Counted from the first letter of the stretch, positions 19,290-29,605 are shown. The stretch: 57,485 nucleotides of DNA from an uncultured bacterium (GCA_965372715.1 CBDVDH010000020.1:1-57485); one strand, 5' to 3'. Notes: generated from the letters alone by a model not told the origin. Numbers and translations are program-made.

Positions 19290-22200
19290 ATGACAGCTGC
19301 CGTATTAGGGTTTCTAGTCTCATTCGTAACCTGGGTATTCCCTTTACTCGCCGTTGCCCTTTTTTCGTACGCACTGGCCTTACATTCAAAGGAAAGCACC
19401 GGCGCAGTTCACCTCTTCTTCGCGGCATTCGTCGCGTTCTGTCGTAATCTCCTTATACTGATAGACTTCGGGACCAGGTCGCCGCTCGCGGGGCACCATT
19501 ACCGGCTGTTTCTGGATGTGGTTCTCTTGCTCGCCATGTCCCTCGCCATCATGGGATCATCGGCGTTTCTCTCCGTACAGGGAATATCCACAAGCCCGAA
19601 ACGCAGGCGAACGATGATCGCCGTAGCGCTGGCTTTCTGGTTGATGCCAGCCCTATCCGGCATATTCGGCGCGTTTTCTGCAATTGAGGTCCTGCATTAC
19701 GCCGTTTACAACTCAGCCGTGGTTTGTCTGGCCTGGGTTTACCTAGTTCTGGGAGCGGCCGCAGGTCATCACTTCGGAAAAATCGGCTCCAGTGCCCAGA
19801 GCCTATCGAAAGTAGCCTGCCTGCTAATCCTTGCGCACCCCGTGCTGAGGATGTATTTCTTCGTGGCCTCGACAATTCCCAAGAGCCGCCTGTGGTGGGG
19901 CGTTGACACACTTCTACTCGGATGCAGCACCATACTGTGTGGCGTGATCGTGATGCTCGTCGCCAGAGGCGCCCGGCGCGTTGAGCTGAGGTCTTTGTTG
20001 AGGACAGAACTCAGGGCTCAGAAGGTCGTGTCAAAACGCACCATCGTGCTCATCGGACTGGGTATGATTGTGGCAGTGCTGTTGTCGCTCCTTCTGATCC
20101 AGCGGTGTGGCGAAGAGTTAACGTCAGCGGTCACGAGAGAACTTCAGAACAGGCAGATATCTCAGCTCTTGAGCGTAAGCTCGAGGCTGCACGACGCGTC
20201 AGAGACGCTCCGGTCGTGTCTTGCAGGGCTGGCGATGGCCTGCGTCCAGGACGCTGGAGAGCCCAAATGCACAGGCGAGGTCTTCGACGTATTCCTAAGA
20301 ATGGCCAACGATCAGATTCCCTGCAACATACTGATCACCGATCCCCAGGGACAGATAATTAGGACCGATGCGTCAGCCGACAGGGCGAGCGCTCTGATGA
20401 GCCGGATCGAGGCGGGGCTTATGAAAGCTGATGCGGCCCCCGAAGGCACACCAGTGCTCGGGCCGAGATTCATAGCATCAACCGGGGCTCGGGATGGCCT
20501 TATTGTGTTCTACGCGCCCGTGTTCTCCTCGGACGCCGACCACGACCAACTGTTACTAAAAACATATCTCTTCGCCTCTGCCGAGACAGTTGCCAGCAGG
20601 TTTCTAAGAGGAGCAGGTTCAACCCCAGGTTTTGTCAGCCTCATCGACGCCAGCGGCACGGTCGTCCTTTGCAGTTCCCCGGATTTCGGAGCCGGCAACA
20701 TCGCTCGGTATCTGGGCATAGCCTCCCGGGAGCGGAAGGAAGACCTGTTGTCGAAAATAGCCTCCAGCAACCCGGGCGCGATGGTGTGTAGAACGAGGGA
20801 TTCCTCGCAACTCGTCTCATACTGTGCGGCCCATCTGCCTGAAAGAAACTACTATCTTGTGGCCATTGCTCCCTGGGACCTTGTACTGCTCTCAATTGAT
20901 TCGGCATACCTAAAGCAGTATCAGCTCCTGGGCTTCATTATGTCCCTGGTTCTTTTTGGAAGCATCACTGCTATTTACGTTTCGACGAAATGGGGCAGGG
21001 AACTAGAACGCATAATGCTCGTGAAGACCAAGCAGTTGCGACAGGAAAAGACCAACCTGGAACAGGCTATGCGCAGCATCGGGAATCCTCTCATCATTGT
21101 CGGTGAGGAGCTCGACATCACGTATGCTAATCCGGAGTTTATTTCGGCGTTCAGCGCGCCCGACGGCAAGAAGTGCTACCAGGTAGTGTATGACCGCGAC
21201 AAGCCTTGCGATGATTGCCTCGCCAAAAGGGCCATCGATACCGACCAGGTCTGCCATGCGGTAAGGCCAAACGAGGATGGTCGCGGCGCACGGTGCTTCG
21301 ACATAACCGCTAGCCCCAAAAAAGACCTGGAAGGCAACGTGATCGGGTCGATCATTCTGCTAAATGACGTCACGGAAAGAAACACATTTGAGCGCAAAAT
21401 AAGGGAATCAGAAGAAAAGTACAAGAGGCTCGTCGAGGCCTCGCCCGACTCGGTGTGCATCATTCAGTCCGGTCGGTTGATCTACGCTAACAAAGTACTA
21501 ACAGAAAAACTAGGTTTCTCGCCCCGCGAGCTGTTCTCGAGTGATTTCGAGCTTGTCGCAGATGTCGTGCATCCTGACTGGCGCCAAGAGGCTTCAAGGT
21601 GTCTTGAGAGCGTCAAGGGCAAAAAGTCCGCACAAGAAACGGAGCTCTGCTTGACGAGCAAGTCTGGGCAGGAGCTTCAGGTTCTTTTCAAGGCTGTTCC
21701 GATCACCTACGGCGGGCTTGAAGCTGTCGAGGTGATTCTCGTTGACATTACCAAGCTCAAGGAACTTCACAAGCAGCTGCTTCAGGCAGAACGTCTCGCC
21801 TCGCTCGGCGAGCTCACCGCCTCAATAGCGCACGAGCTCAACAACAAGCTCGCCCCAATACTCGCCTACGCTCAAATGCTTCAGGACAGAACCTCTGATG
21901 AGGCGGTCTCCGAGAGGCTAACCTTCATCGAGAAATGCGCGACGAGCGCGAAATCTGTTGTCGAGACGCTCCTGGCGTTCCCAAGAACGAGCTCGTCTGT
22001 GAGAAAACAAGTCAACTTGAACAAGATACTACAAGACACGGTGCAGCTGGTCAAGTATCGGCTCGACGCTTCCAACATAGACCTCATGATGGAGCTCGAC
22101 GAGGGACTGCCTCGAACGATGGCTGATCCTAAGCAGATCGAACAGGTCTTTCTTAACATCATAAACAACGCTTATCAAGCGATGGGAGAGAGAGGCGGCA

Positions 22201-22898
22201 CGCTTTACATCGTTTCGTTTGCTGAGGGCGATAACATCGCGTTTCAGATAACGGACACTGGGCCTGGCATTTCGGAAGCGGATTTGCCGCGCATATTCGA
22301 GCCGTTCTTTACGACCAAACCTGCCGGCAAGGGCACTGGACTGGGCCTGCCTTGCTCCTATAGCATCATTAAGGCTCACGATGGTGATCTTCGATGCACG
22401 AGCAAGCTCTCGAGGGGAACCACCTTCACGATGAAACTGCCGATTATCGAGGGCGAGGCCGAGGAGGAGCCGGAACCCAGAGACGTTGAGATGACTGTCT
22501 CTCCAAATGAGTTGGCCAGTGCCAGAATACTTGTCGTGGATGACGAGGAGATGCTCAGGGGAATGGTCAATGAGGTCCTTTCACCGGACCACACAGTATT
22601 CCTGGCTGGCGGCGGGCGCGAAGCGATAGACCTCCTGCAGCGCGAGGCAATAGAGATGATCATCACGGACCTTCGCATGCCGGGCCTCGATGGCTTTGCG
22701 CTCTACAACTGGGTCAAGGAGAACAAACCCGGGCTCGAAAAGCGGATGCTATTCACCACCGGCGATATCTACGAACCCAGAACCCGCGAGTTCATGAGGC
22801 AGATTGATATCAGGTGTATCTCAAAGCCCTTCTCGGTCAGCGCGTTCCTCCTGCAAGTCAACTCGGTCCTGGCAGATCTGCCACCGACTCCGGCGTAG
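19290..22898 (+). CDS. Membrane hybrid sensor histidine kinase/response regulator with PAS domains
   Basis: N-terminal TM helices; AHELNNKL H-box, FEPFFTTK, GTGLGL, receiver ILVVDDEE and ITDLRMPG. Confidence 0.95.
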   Translation: MTAAVLGFLVSFVTWVFPLLAVALFSYALALHSKESTGAVHLFFAAFVAFCRNLLILIDFGTRSPLAGHHYRLFLDVVLLLAMSLAIMGSSAFLSVQGISTSPKRRRTMIAVALAFWLMPALSGIFGAFSAIEVLHYAVYNSAVVCLAWVYLVLGAAAGHHFGKIGSSAQSLSKVACLLILAHPVLRMYFFVASTIPKSRLWWGVDTLLLGCSTILCGVIVMLVARGARRVELRSLLRTELRAQKVVSKRTIVLIGLGMIVAVLLSLLLIQRCGEELTSAVTRELQNRQISQLLSVSSRLHDASETLRSCLAGLAMACVQDAGEPKCTGEVFDVFLRMANDQIPCNILITDPQGQIIRTDASADRASALMSRIEAGLMKADAAPEGTPVLGPRFIASTGARDGLIVFYAPVFSSDADHDQLLLKTYLFASAETVASRFLRGAGSTPGFVSLIDASGTVVLCSSPDFGAGNIARYLGIASRERKEDLLSKIASSNPGAMVCRTRDSSQLVSYCAAHLPERNYYLVAIAPWDLVLLSIDSAYLKQYQLLGFIMSLVLFGSITAIYVSTKWGRELERIMLVKTKQLRQEKTNLEQAMRSIGNPLIIVGEELDITYANPEFISAFSAPDGKKCYQVVYDRDKPCDDCLAKRAIDTDQVCHAVRPNEDGRGARCFDITASPKKDLEGNVIGSIILLNDVTERNTFERKIRESEEKYKRLVEASPDSVCIIQSGRLIYANKVLTEKLGFSPRELFSSDFELVADVVHPDWRQEASRCLESVKGKKSAQETELCLTSKSGQELQVLFKAVPITYGGLEAVEVILVDITKLKELHKQLLQAERLASLGELTASIAHELNNKLAPILAYAQMLQDRTSDEAVSERLTFIEKCATSAKSVVETLLAFPRTSSSVRKQVNLNKILQDTVQLVKYRLDASNIDLMMELDEGLPRTMADPKQIEQVFLNIINNAYQAMGERGGTLYIVSFAEGDNIAFQITDTGPGISEADLPRIFEPFFTTKPAGKGTGLGLPCSYSIIKAHDGDLRCTSKLSRGTTFTMKLPIIEGEAEEEPEPRDVEMTVSPNELASARILVVDDEEMLRGMVNEVLSPDHTVFLAGGGREAIDLLQREAIEMIITDLRMPGLDGFALYNWVKENKPGLEKRMLFTTGDIYEPRTREFMRQIDIRCISKPFSVSAFLLQVNSVLADLPPTPA

Positions 22899-22932
22899 GC
22901 CGCGGAATGCAAGCCCCCGCAGGCAGACGCGC

Positions 22933-23520
22933 CTACAGGTCCTCCGCAATGTTGGCGGTATGGTCTTTATAGAGCTGCGAGACAGAATTGTAGGCCATTA
23001 AGTAGCGGTTCAGCTCGCTCCCGCACAAGAGCTCGTCGCCGTCCATGCAACCAACGAACTCGCTGCGCTCCCGGCTCTTAAGCTCCTCATACTTGCGCTC
23101 GGCGAGCTTCATGTGCATCAGAAGATAGGCCACCGAATCCCGAGCCCGCTGCACATACGACTCACGATAGCGAGCGATCTCCTCCATACTCTCCTCATAG
23201 AAGCTCGTGATGAAGCTCTGCTCCTGCTCAATCAGCCGACCGTGTTTATGAGCAAAATAGCCCGCCCGAGACTCGTCCAGCAATATGTCGAGGTGCTCGA
23301 GAAAGTCCAGCTCGTCCTGAGACGGTTTAAGAAAGAACATCATCGACCGCTCGCAGTTCGCAAAGGCGCGTTTGAAGTAATATATGATGTTCACCGGATT
23401 CTTCTCCATGCGCGCGAAAATCGCGTCCAGGTCCCCTGTCTCAAGAAGGGCTCGCGCCCTGTCATAATATGCGTCACGCCGCCCAAAAAGAGGCGCCTTG
23501 TTATTATCCAGCTCTACCAT
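22933..23520 (-). CDS. Hypothetical helical protein
   Basis: 195-aa ORF with plausible composition; ATG overlaps the upstream gene end. Confidence 0.7.
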   Translation of the reverse strand: MVELDNNKAPLFGRRDAYYDRARALLETGDLDAIFARMEKNPVNIIYYFKRAFANCERSMMFFLKPSQDELDFLEHLDILLDESRAGYFAHKHGRLIEQEQSFITSFYEESMEEIARYRESYVQRARDSVAYLLMHMKLAERKYEELKSRERSEFVGCMDGDELLCGSELNRYLMAYNSVSQLYKDHTANIAEDL

Positions 23521-23738
23521 GGATAGCCCTCATTTGGACCGCCACACTCGCGTTCTATTAGCTCTGACATCACCGCCAAGTCGTCAGCAGGAATGGCCCC
23601 CTCAAATCGCAAGAGACACTTGCCCTGGACCCTCTTGCGAATCAGATTCCTGGCAAAATCAAGCACACGAATCTGAAGTTCGTGAGGAAGCCGGTCGAAT
23701 TGGACGATAACATCATCTCTTATGGATACTCCGGTCAT
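23514..23738 (-). CDS. Small antitoxin-like protein (type usually found upstream of PIN toxins)
   Basis: QFDRLPHELQIRVLDFAR ... GKCLLRFEGAIPADDL..M..LIE..C pattern; GGAG SD. Confidence 0.55.
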   Translation of the reverse strand: MTGVSIRDDVIVQFDRLPHELQIRVLDFARNLIRKRVQGKCLLRFEGAIPADDLAVMSELIERECGGPNEGYPW

Positions 23739-24512
23739 GGGTTTGCTCCCCGTCAATTACTTGGCTCTGCTATGCCACAGAGTGCTCAATGTCATCTGAC
23801 TGATTTGAGCCCTGATTTGAGCCGCAATGTTGCGGTCTGCTCGAAGGGCCCTGGTTACCGTTCCCTGCGTCATGGTTCGTTGAACCGTGGCTCCATCTGC
23901 GGTCTCTAGGCTCATTCGTGAGCTCTCACGCCGTTAGGTCGAGCTGGCGCCCCGTCGAGAGCGGCCGGGAGAACTGCCCCGAACAATCGTATAGCTGACA
24001 GGCCATCCTTGCCAGCGCACCACTGTCCACCACGTGAGAGTCGCTCCGATATGGCGGCGCGCCGGCCAAGAGCTTCAGCGCGTCTGCTCTCCGGGGCGGG
24101 TTACACGCGCTTTGTGATGAGCCGGAAATGCTGCAATCGGCCTTCTTTTGCAGCGCAAGATATACTGCCGCGTTATGCCCGCCGAATCGCGCCACGAGAC
24201 CCATTCCCATCGTAGGGAACTTCTGCTCGTCGCGCAAATAACCTATCGCCCCCCTAACCTGATAGGTAAGGGCAGTAGTTGCCACTGTGGAAACCATCGT
24301 CAGATACCCGCGTTAGGCCTTCGCCTCCACAAGTTGGGTTACATTACCATTACGCAAAAACAGACCGTCGAGGTCATCGCTTGAAACGAAACTAACACCG
24401 GAGCAGCGGTCAGTCAAGCATTGCGAGCCATCCTCTGTCGAAAGCTCGCAGCACCCACGTCCTTCGCAACTTCAGGCTTCAGCGGACACTCAGCCGCCCC
24501 GATGTGCTCTGG

Positions 24513-25088
24513 TTACTTCTTCTCATCGCCGGCCGGCGAATTGAGATCGCCTCGTAGGAACTCCTTTTTCTTCCTGATGTCGGTTTCACCCATCCGTGCC
24601 GTCGCCTGCGGTGAGCCGCCCTGCTGCATGTCGATCTTGCCGATCACGCGGCCGCCCTCGTCAATCTTGACGCTCTTTGCGACTATCTCGCCCTCAATCG
24701 TGCCCGTATTCTTAAGCTCAAAAAGCCGCCTCGCCTCGGTCCGGCCCCTTATTCGACCGCTGACCGATACGTTCTCAGCGCTCACATCCGCCTCAACCAG
24801 GCCAGACTCGGCGACGATGAGGTCGCTTTGAATATCCACTTTGCCCTTGATAGTCCCGTGGACGACGATGGCCTTATCGCTTTGGATTTCACCGGTCATC
24901 ACGGTCCCTTCAGCTATAATCGACTCGCCGATGGCGCTCGGCGCTTGAGGCTGCTTCTTTGCGTTCACTCTGCTGTTTCCTTTGATCACGGGTCTCGGTT
25001 CGGGTTTGACCGCCACAGAGGCTGTTTTTTCCTGTTTTGATGTTTCTTGAGGAGCCTGTTTTCTGTCCTCTTTGCCAAAGAATCCCAT
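24513..25088 (-). CDS. Bactofilin (polymer-forming cytoskeletal protein)
   Basis: SIIAEGTVMTGEI ... VHGTIKGKV ... VSGRIRG ... IEGEIVAKSVKIDEGG beta-helix. Confidence 0.9.
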   Translation of the reverse strand: MGFFGKEDRKQAPQETSKQEKTASVAVKPEPRPVIKGNSRVNAKKQPQAPSAIGESIIAEGTVMTGEIQSDKAIVVHGTIKGKVDIQSDLIVAESGLVEADVSAENVSVSGRIRGRTEARRLFELKNTGTIEGEIVAKSVKIDEGGRVIGKIDMQQGGSPQATARMGETDIRKKKEFLRGDLNSPAGDEKK

Positions 25089-25125
25089 CTAATGCTCCTA
25101 CAACTCCCGTAGTTGAAATCAGCTC

Positions 25126-25201
25126 TGGAGCGGGCAACGGGGCTCGAACCCGCGACATCAAGCTTGGGAAGCTTGCACTCTACCAGCTGAGTTATGCCCG
25201 C
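25126..25201 (-). tRNA. tRNA-Gly (CCC)
   Basis: GCGGGCATAACTCAGCTGGTAGAGTGCAAGCTTCCCAAGCTTGATGTCGCGGGTTCGAGCCCCGTTGCCCGCTCCA, full cloverleaf with CCA. Confidence 0.98.
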
Positions 25202-25215
25202 TCTCTTACAACTAT

Positions 25216-25245
25216 ACTATAATGCCAATTGCCTATTCATCGCAA
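25216..25245 (-). promoter_or_regulatory. Sigma70-type promoter for tRNA-Gly(CCC)
   Basis: TTGCGA-18 bp-TATAGT. Confidence 0.55.
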
Positions 25246-25457
25246 GTCGGAAGTAGGCCCAAGATGTTTGGGGGCGCATGAGATCTGATTTCTCTTATCT
25301 TAGCTCATAACGGCCGGGATCCTTCCCTCGCAAGGAGCAAAACTGGACGACCGCCAAAGAAAAAACTGTTTCGAAACGACGTTGACTCAAATGCTCTCAT
25401 CATAGTAGAGTTCCTATCTCAACAATCGATGGCACCTCCGCCTTCAGCGATGACAGG

Positions 25458-28400
25458 ATGTGCCCAAATCAGCATGTTGAGGATTTAGCCAAAAGGAGAA
25501 CAGGCTATGGTCGGAAGATTAGGAAGGCGACACTGATGGTTTCACTGCAACTTGCGCCATTTGGCATGGTGATTGGTAGATTCTCCGTGCCCTCTGGGGA
25601 AGTCCAGAATCTATGCGCAGATATAGAGAAAGAAATATCGGGCTATCTCAAGAAGAGAATAGAGACCGCGCAGAATTATAATGATGCAAAGGGAATCGAA
25701 AGCGACCCAGAAGACTACTACAAGAGCTTCTACAATCCCGCCACGTACGCGGTGACCGGCCGGTTGGACATGCTGTCCATGATGTTAGTCGATTCATTTG
25801 ACATAGCGCAGACGCTGGACGTCGGCAATAGTTACCACCGGATGGAGTGCTGCGCAGTTGTGCAACGCTACGGCGAATGCGATCTCAGCCCTATGATCTC
25901 AAAACTGAAGGGCTTTTTTGAGGCCCCCCACGACTCGTCGCTTATTGGCCGGATTTCTCTCTGCAGATTCAAGATGAGTTATCTTGCAACGGGATACTAC
26001 GGACTGAGCATAATCTCTGCAATAATCGGCAAGGCGGTGGAGATCCTTGAAGAGGAAATGAGGGGGGAGGCTAATCCGCCTCACATCTTTGTCCCCATGC
26101 TCTCTCTTGACTGGGGGGAGTTTGTCGCTTGCATTATTGGTGGTGATCTCCGCCTGACAAAACACCTTGTCCTGAAGCTCCGCGAGATCTCTTTTCGGGA
26201 TCTATACAAGGAAAATGCGCCGGATAAGTTCCCCGGAAACCATGTGTTCTCGACATCCATAACAAACATAGGATTTGATCACATCTGCATGAGCGAGCTC
26301 TCAGATGTGATCAGAGATCGATACTATCGCGGCTTTCGAGAAAAGGTTGACGAGGAGATGGAGCCTCATGCGAACATTGAGGCACAACAGATTGCTGATA
26401 TAAACGAAACGATCGAGATGGAGATTCGCGAAGACCTGAAACGAGTTCAGATCGTGCAGGACATTGTCAACAGGATCGTTCCGCACTGTGAAACGAAGGA
26501 AGGAGCCGAGAAAACAGTCGTTCCATATGGGACTCTGACCTGCAAGCCTGGACACATGCAGTTCGTTCGTGCTTTGTGTGATGCGAATGCTCCGTCGAGC
26601 GCTTCTGGGGCTAATGCGGATCTGCCCGGCATCAGTATCGGCGCCCGCGATTTCGTCTTCATTGAGCCCGGTATTCCAGAGAACTTGTCCGAGTTTATCG
26701 CACTGTTTGTCTGGCGAAGAGGAATCCTCAGCGGATTATTCGAGAACTGGTTCCGCGGAGAGAAAGAACCAGAACATGTTACTACCCAGGTCATGGGACT
26801 GCTTGGCGGTTCACATGTAAGGGCGACTTCGTGCCGCATGAGACTATATGACACTTTGAGGGAGCTGCACAGTTCGGATCATAATTTCCATCATCTAGCT
26901 ATTGATCAGAAGGCCAAGGAACTAGCGAAGAAAACGGAGGGATTGAGACTCAACAGCTACGATCTCGGGCTGCCAGCGATATTGAGAACAACACTGATTC
27001 ATGCTTGCCGCGAGCTTGCGACTGCGATTTCGGACCCGGTGCTCGCAGAGTACTTCTGCGACTTGAGAACTTACGTAGAGAATATATGTTATTTATTGGC
27101 GCTACTCAAACCGGCTGGGAAATACGAATACCGTACGCCCCCTGCACCAGCCGGAGAAAACGAAGACCGTCCGCCCCCCGAATCACATGGCCACCCCAAA
27201 TCACGTGTTTTTGAGCAGCTGAGACAGGGAATCGAAGGCTTCACGCTGGCGTTTTTATCGCGTTTTCGGGGCAGTTATGAAATGACTGATGTACCGGATG
27301 TCAGCATGCACTTAAAGGGGGGACTGATTCAAGCACTCAGCACGGTGCACTGGTTCATCCAAAGCGTTCTGCGTCCCTTTGTAGTGGGAAAAGACCCGAC
27401 GACGGGAGAAGCCGTGGAACCAAGCGTTTTTGCTTGCATCTCCAATCTGGATGAGATTGGCGTTCGGCCTGTATTCGCAGGATCAGCAGTGGAACTCAAT
27501 CTCTATCATCTTCTCCAAGTTGAAAAAATAAGTACCCTGTTTCACGAAGCAGGACATGCTCTATTCGCCACAGCGGGCTTCAAGGGATTCCGTCAGGATT
27601 ATGGTGGCCTGAATCAGGCACTGGATAATGAGCCCCCAGTGGAAGCCGGAGCCGCAATAACCATATCGGATATCACTAAACAAATCAGGAGGGATCGTCC
27701 CCTTGGATTCACTTCGATATTGAAGATGTTTCAAGTTTCGTCAAACCAAGATGGTGCTCAACGCGTTGCACAAGATCCTGGTTTCTCTGCTAAACAGGTC
27801 CTGAATCATCTGGAATGTGATTTTGAAGAGACGCTCTGCGATCTATATGCATATTACGCGGGTTTTCTAGCGGATGATGAGATGTTCTTTAAAACGATAT
27901 GGGCCGAAAGAGCGCCGAAACTTGATTTAGAAATGAGCTGTCAGACGGAAGTTTACAACTTCATTAGAGATATGACGAGGAGCGTTCTTCTTCTGAGACT
28001 AACTGGCGACAAGGCATGGCAACTTCCGCGCGATACGCCATCGCCAACATACACTAATCCGCCCGGTAGGGAAGCGAATGAGAAAGCGATTGCCGGCAGG
28101 CTAAGCTACCTTCTTGGGGAGTATTCGCGATTCTCTGAGCAGATGATGGAACTGGCGAGCAGAGATGGAAGAAGAGAGGTTGATGCGGCAGAGGTTTCTA
28201 AGTACATTATCAAGAGAGTCACGCTAATGGAACAATATGGGAGAGGCCTCTTCATTACATTCAGTGCTAAGCTCTTCGATCTAATGCTGGAGATTCATGG
28301 GAAAGGACGACATAAGGCATTTCTGTTTCGTCAGTTATGCGATAAGATCGCAGGTAGAGAGAGAGGTAAGGCCGATCCTCTCGCTCACATGAAAGAGTCC

Positions 28401-28844
28401 TTGCTTACAGGAAACATTGTCGCGGACAACTTGCCTGTAGGCTGCGCTCTGGATAAGAACCTAGTATTTCTCCATTTGCGTAAGATTATGCTTTCCCACC
28501 TGGGGCTGATATATCATGAGCATAACCTCGGAGATCGTGTTCTATTGACACAGGAGAATCGCGAGGACGGTCGGCCCGGCGGCGACTATGAATTCACGAG
28601 TGACATGGGTACAACACTCGTGTCTCACAAGGGATTCGCATTCATAGCCTCCAACAAACCGCGCAAAGTCGGCGTCTCCGACGGGAATCTCTTCGAGAAG
28701 TTCAACGAGAAAGATGAAGCAGAACGAGAGATCCTAAATACCCAAGATGTTTTCCGATTGCGGGCAGCAACACTGTTTAGCATGCTCAACATCGCCATGA
28801 GGTGTCGGTCAGAATGGTTGATAAAAGACGTTCTGAAAAGCTGA
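25458..28844 (+). CDS. Large hypothetical protein with HExxH motif (likely start ATG 25536)
   Basis: 1128-codon ORF, AT-richer than flanks; LFHEAGHALF and downstream EETLCDLYA. Confidence 0.85.
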   Translation: MCPNQHVEDLAKRRTGYGRKIRKATLMVSLQLAPFGMVIGRFSVPSGEVQNLCADIEKEISGYLKKRIETAQNYNDAKGIESDPEDYYKSFYNPATYAVTGRLDMLSMMLVDSFDIAQTLDVGNSYHRMECCAVVQRYGECDLSPMISKLKGFFEAPHDSSLIGRISLCRFKMSYLATGYYGLSIISAIIGKAVEILEEEMRGEANPPHIFVPMLSLDWGEFVACIIGGDLRLTKHLVLKLREISFRDLYKENAPDKFPGNHVFSTSITNIGFDHICMSELSDVIRDRYYRGFREKVDEEMEPHANIEAQQIADINETIEMEIREDLKRVQIVQDIVNRIVPHCETKEGAEKTVVPYGTLTCKPGHMQFVRALCDANAPSSASGANADLPGISIGARDFVFIEPGIPENLSEFIALFVWRRGILSGLFENWFRGEKEPEHVTTQVMGLLGGSHVRATSCRMRLYDTLRELHSSDHNFHHLAIDQKAKELAKKTEGLRLNSYDLGLPAILRTTLIHACRELATAISDPVLAEYFCDLRTYVENICYLLALLKPAGKYEYRTPPAPAGENEDRPPPESHGHPKSRVFEQLRQGIEGFTLAFLSRFRGSYEMTDVPDVSMHLKGGLIQALSTVHWFIQSVLRPFVVGKDPTTGEAVEPSVFACISNLDEIGVRPVFAGSAVELNLYHLLQVEKISTLFHEAGHALFATAGFKGFRQDYGGLNQALDNEPPVEAGAAITISDITKQIRRDRPLGFTSILKMFQVSSNQDGAQRVAQDPGFSAKQVLNHLECDFEETLCDLYAYYAGFLADDEMFFKTIWAERAPKLDLEMSCQTEVYNFIRDMTRSVLLLRLTGDKAWQLPRDTPSPTYTNPPGREANEKAIAGRLSYLLGEYSRFSEQMMELASRDGRREVDAAEVSKYIIKRVTLMEQYGRGLFITFSAKLFDLMLEIHGKGRHKAFLFRQLCDKIAGRERGKADPLAHMKESLLTGNIVADNLPVGCALDKNLVFLHLRKIMLSHLGLIYHEHNLGDRVLLTQENREDGRPGGDYEFTSDMGTTLVSHKGFAFIASNKPRKVGVSDGNLFEKFNEKDEAEREILNTQDVFRLRAATLFSMLNIAMRCRSEWLIKDVLKS

Positions 28845-29082
28845 CTCAGGCGAGCCCTTCAGGTCTTGATACTCAGCTGCTTGCAGCACACATCGCTCCG
28901 TCGCGCACGCGGGGCCTCGATTAGGTACAGAGCCTGCGCGCCAATTACATCTTAACACAATCAGCTGCCGCGTGTATAGTGGCACCATTCTCTGCCCAGT
29001 GGAGCCGACATTCAACCCATACGCCAGCCAACCGCACATGGTTGTCAATGCGTCCCGCACAGATCGAGCGGGAAGGGAGTCT

Positions 29083-29277
29083 CTAGCTTTCTGGAGCTGA
29101 GGAGCTGGGCTCGTCTGAGGCGGATTGATCTGCAGCACCGCCATCCTCCAAATCCAAATCTCCTTCCCAGCTGCTCCAAAGCGTGTATCTTCTCGATGGA
29201 GCATCCAAGGTAGCAAGGAGGTCAAGCTCTCTCTTGGTCAATGCAACCTTGCCTTCCGGCTCTTGTGTCTTCGGCAT
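29083..29277 (-). CDS. Small acidic hypothetical peptide (64 aa)
   Basis: Purine-rich SD-like leader before ATG; MPKTQEPEGK...DLLATLDAPSRRYTLWSSWEG... Confidence 0.45.
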   Translation of the reverse strand: MPKTQEPEGKVALTKRELDLLATLDAPSRRYTLWSSWEGDLDLEDGGAADQSASDEPSSSAPES

Positions 29278-29519
29278 CCTCTTACCTTCTCTCTTCTTCG
29301 GGCCTGTACTACCGGTAGGTCTTATCGGATGAACGAGGCGATACTTTAGCGCCGCGTTCCTTAATTGGTGCCATGCTGCAATGACAGAGAACACGTATCC
29401 GGCGCTTGACCGTTCGTGCTCAGACAAGATGCATGCACTAAGTGCGGAGCGCGCCACCAACGATCTACCAACACAGGCAAAACCATTAACTTATCCTATC
29501 CAAAACAAAAACACTTTAC

Positions 29520-29551
29520 GGTGATGCTCTAGCCAACTGAGCTATTCCCGC
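29520..29551 (-). pseudogene. 5' half of a tRNA-Gly (GCC-type), ending at the anticodon stem/loop boundary
   Basis: GCGGGAATAGCTCAGTTGGCTAGAGCATCACC followed by unrelated AT-rich sequence; no T-arm. Confidence 0.85.
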
Positions 29552-29605
29552 CCTACAGGGCTTTCTAAAGCCCAGATGAACATTCTCCCTCAAGCTTCTA
29601 AAAGA

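Noticed and set aside
28809-29225. 138-aa minus-strand ORF in the island
   Set aside because: TTG start, overlaps both neighbours, no motif; the 64-aa frame has the better start context.
29300-29519. Group I/II intron interrupting the tRNA-Gly half
   Set aside because: No GTGCG 5' end, no recognisable group I core, and no 3' tRNA exon found downstream.
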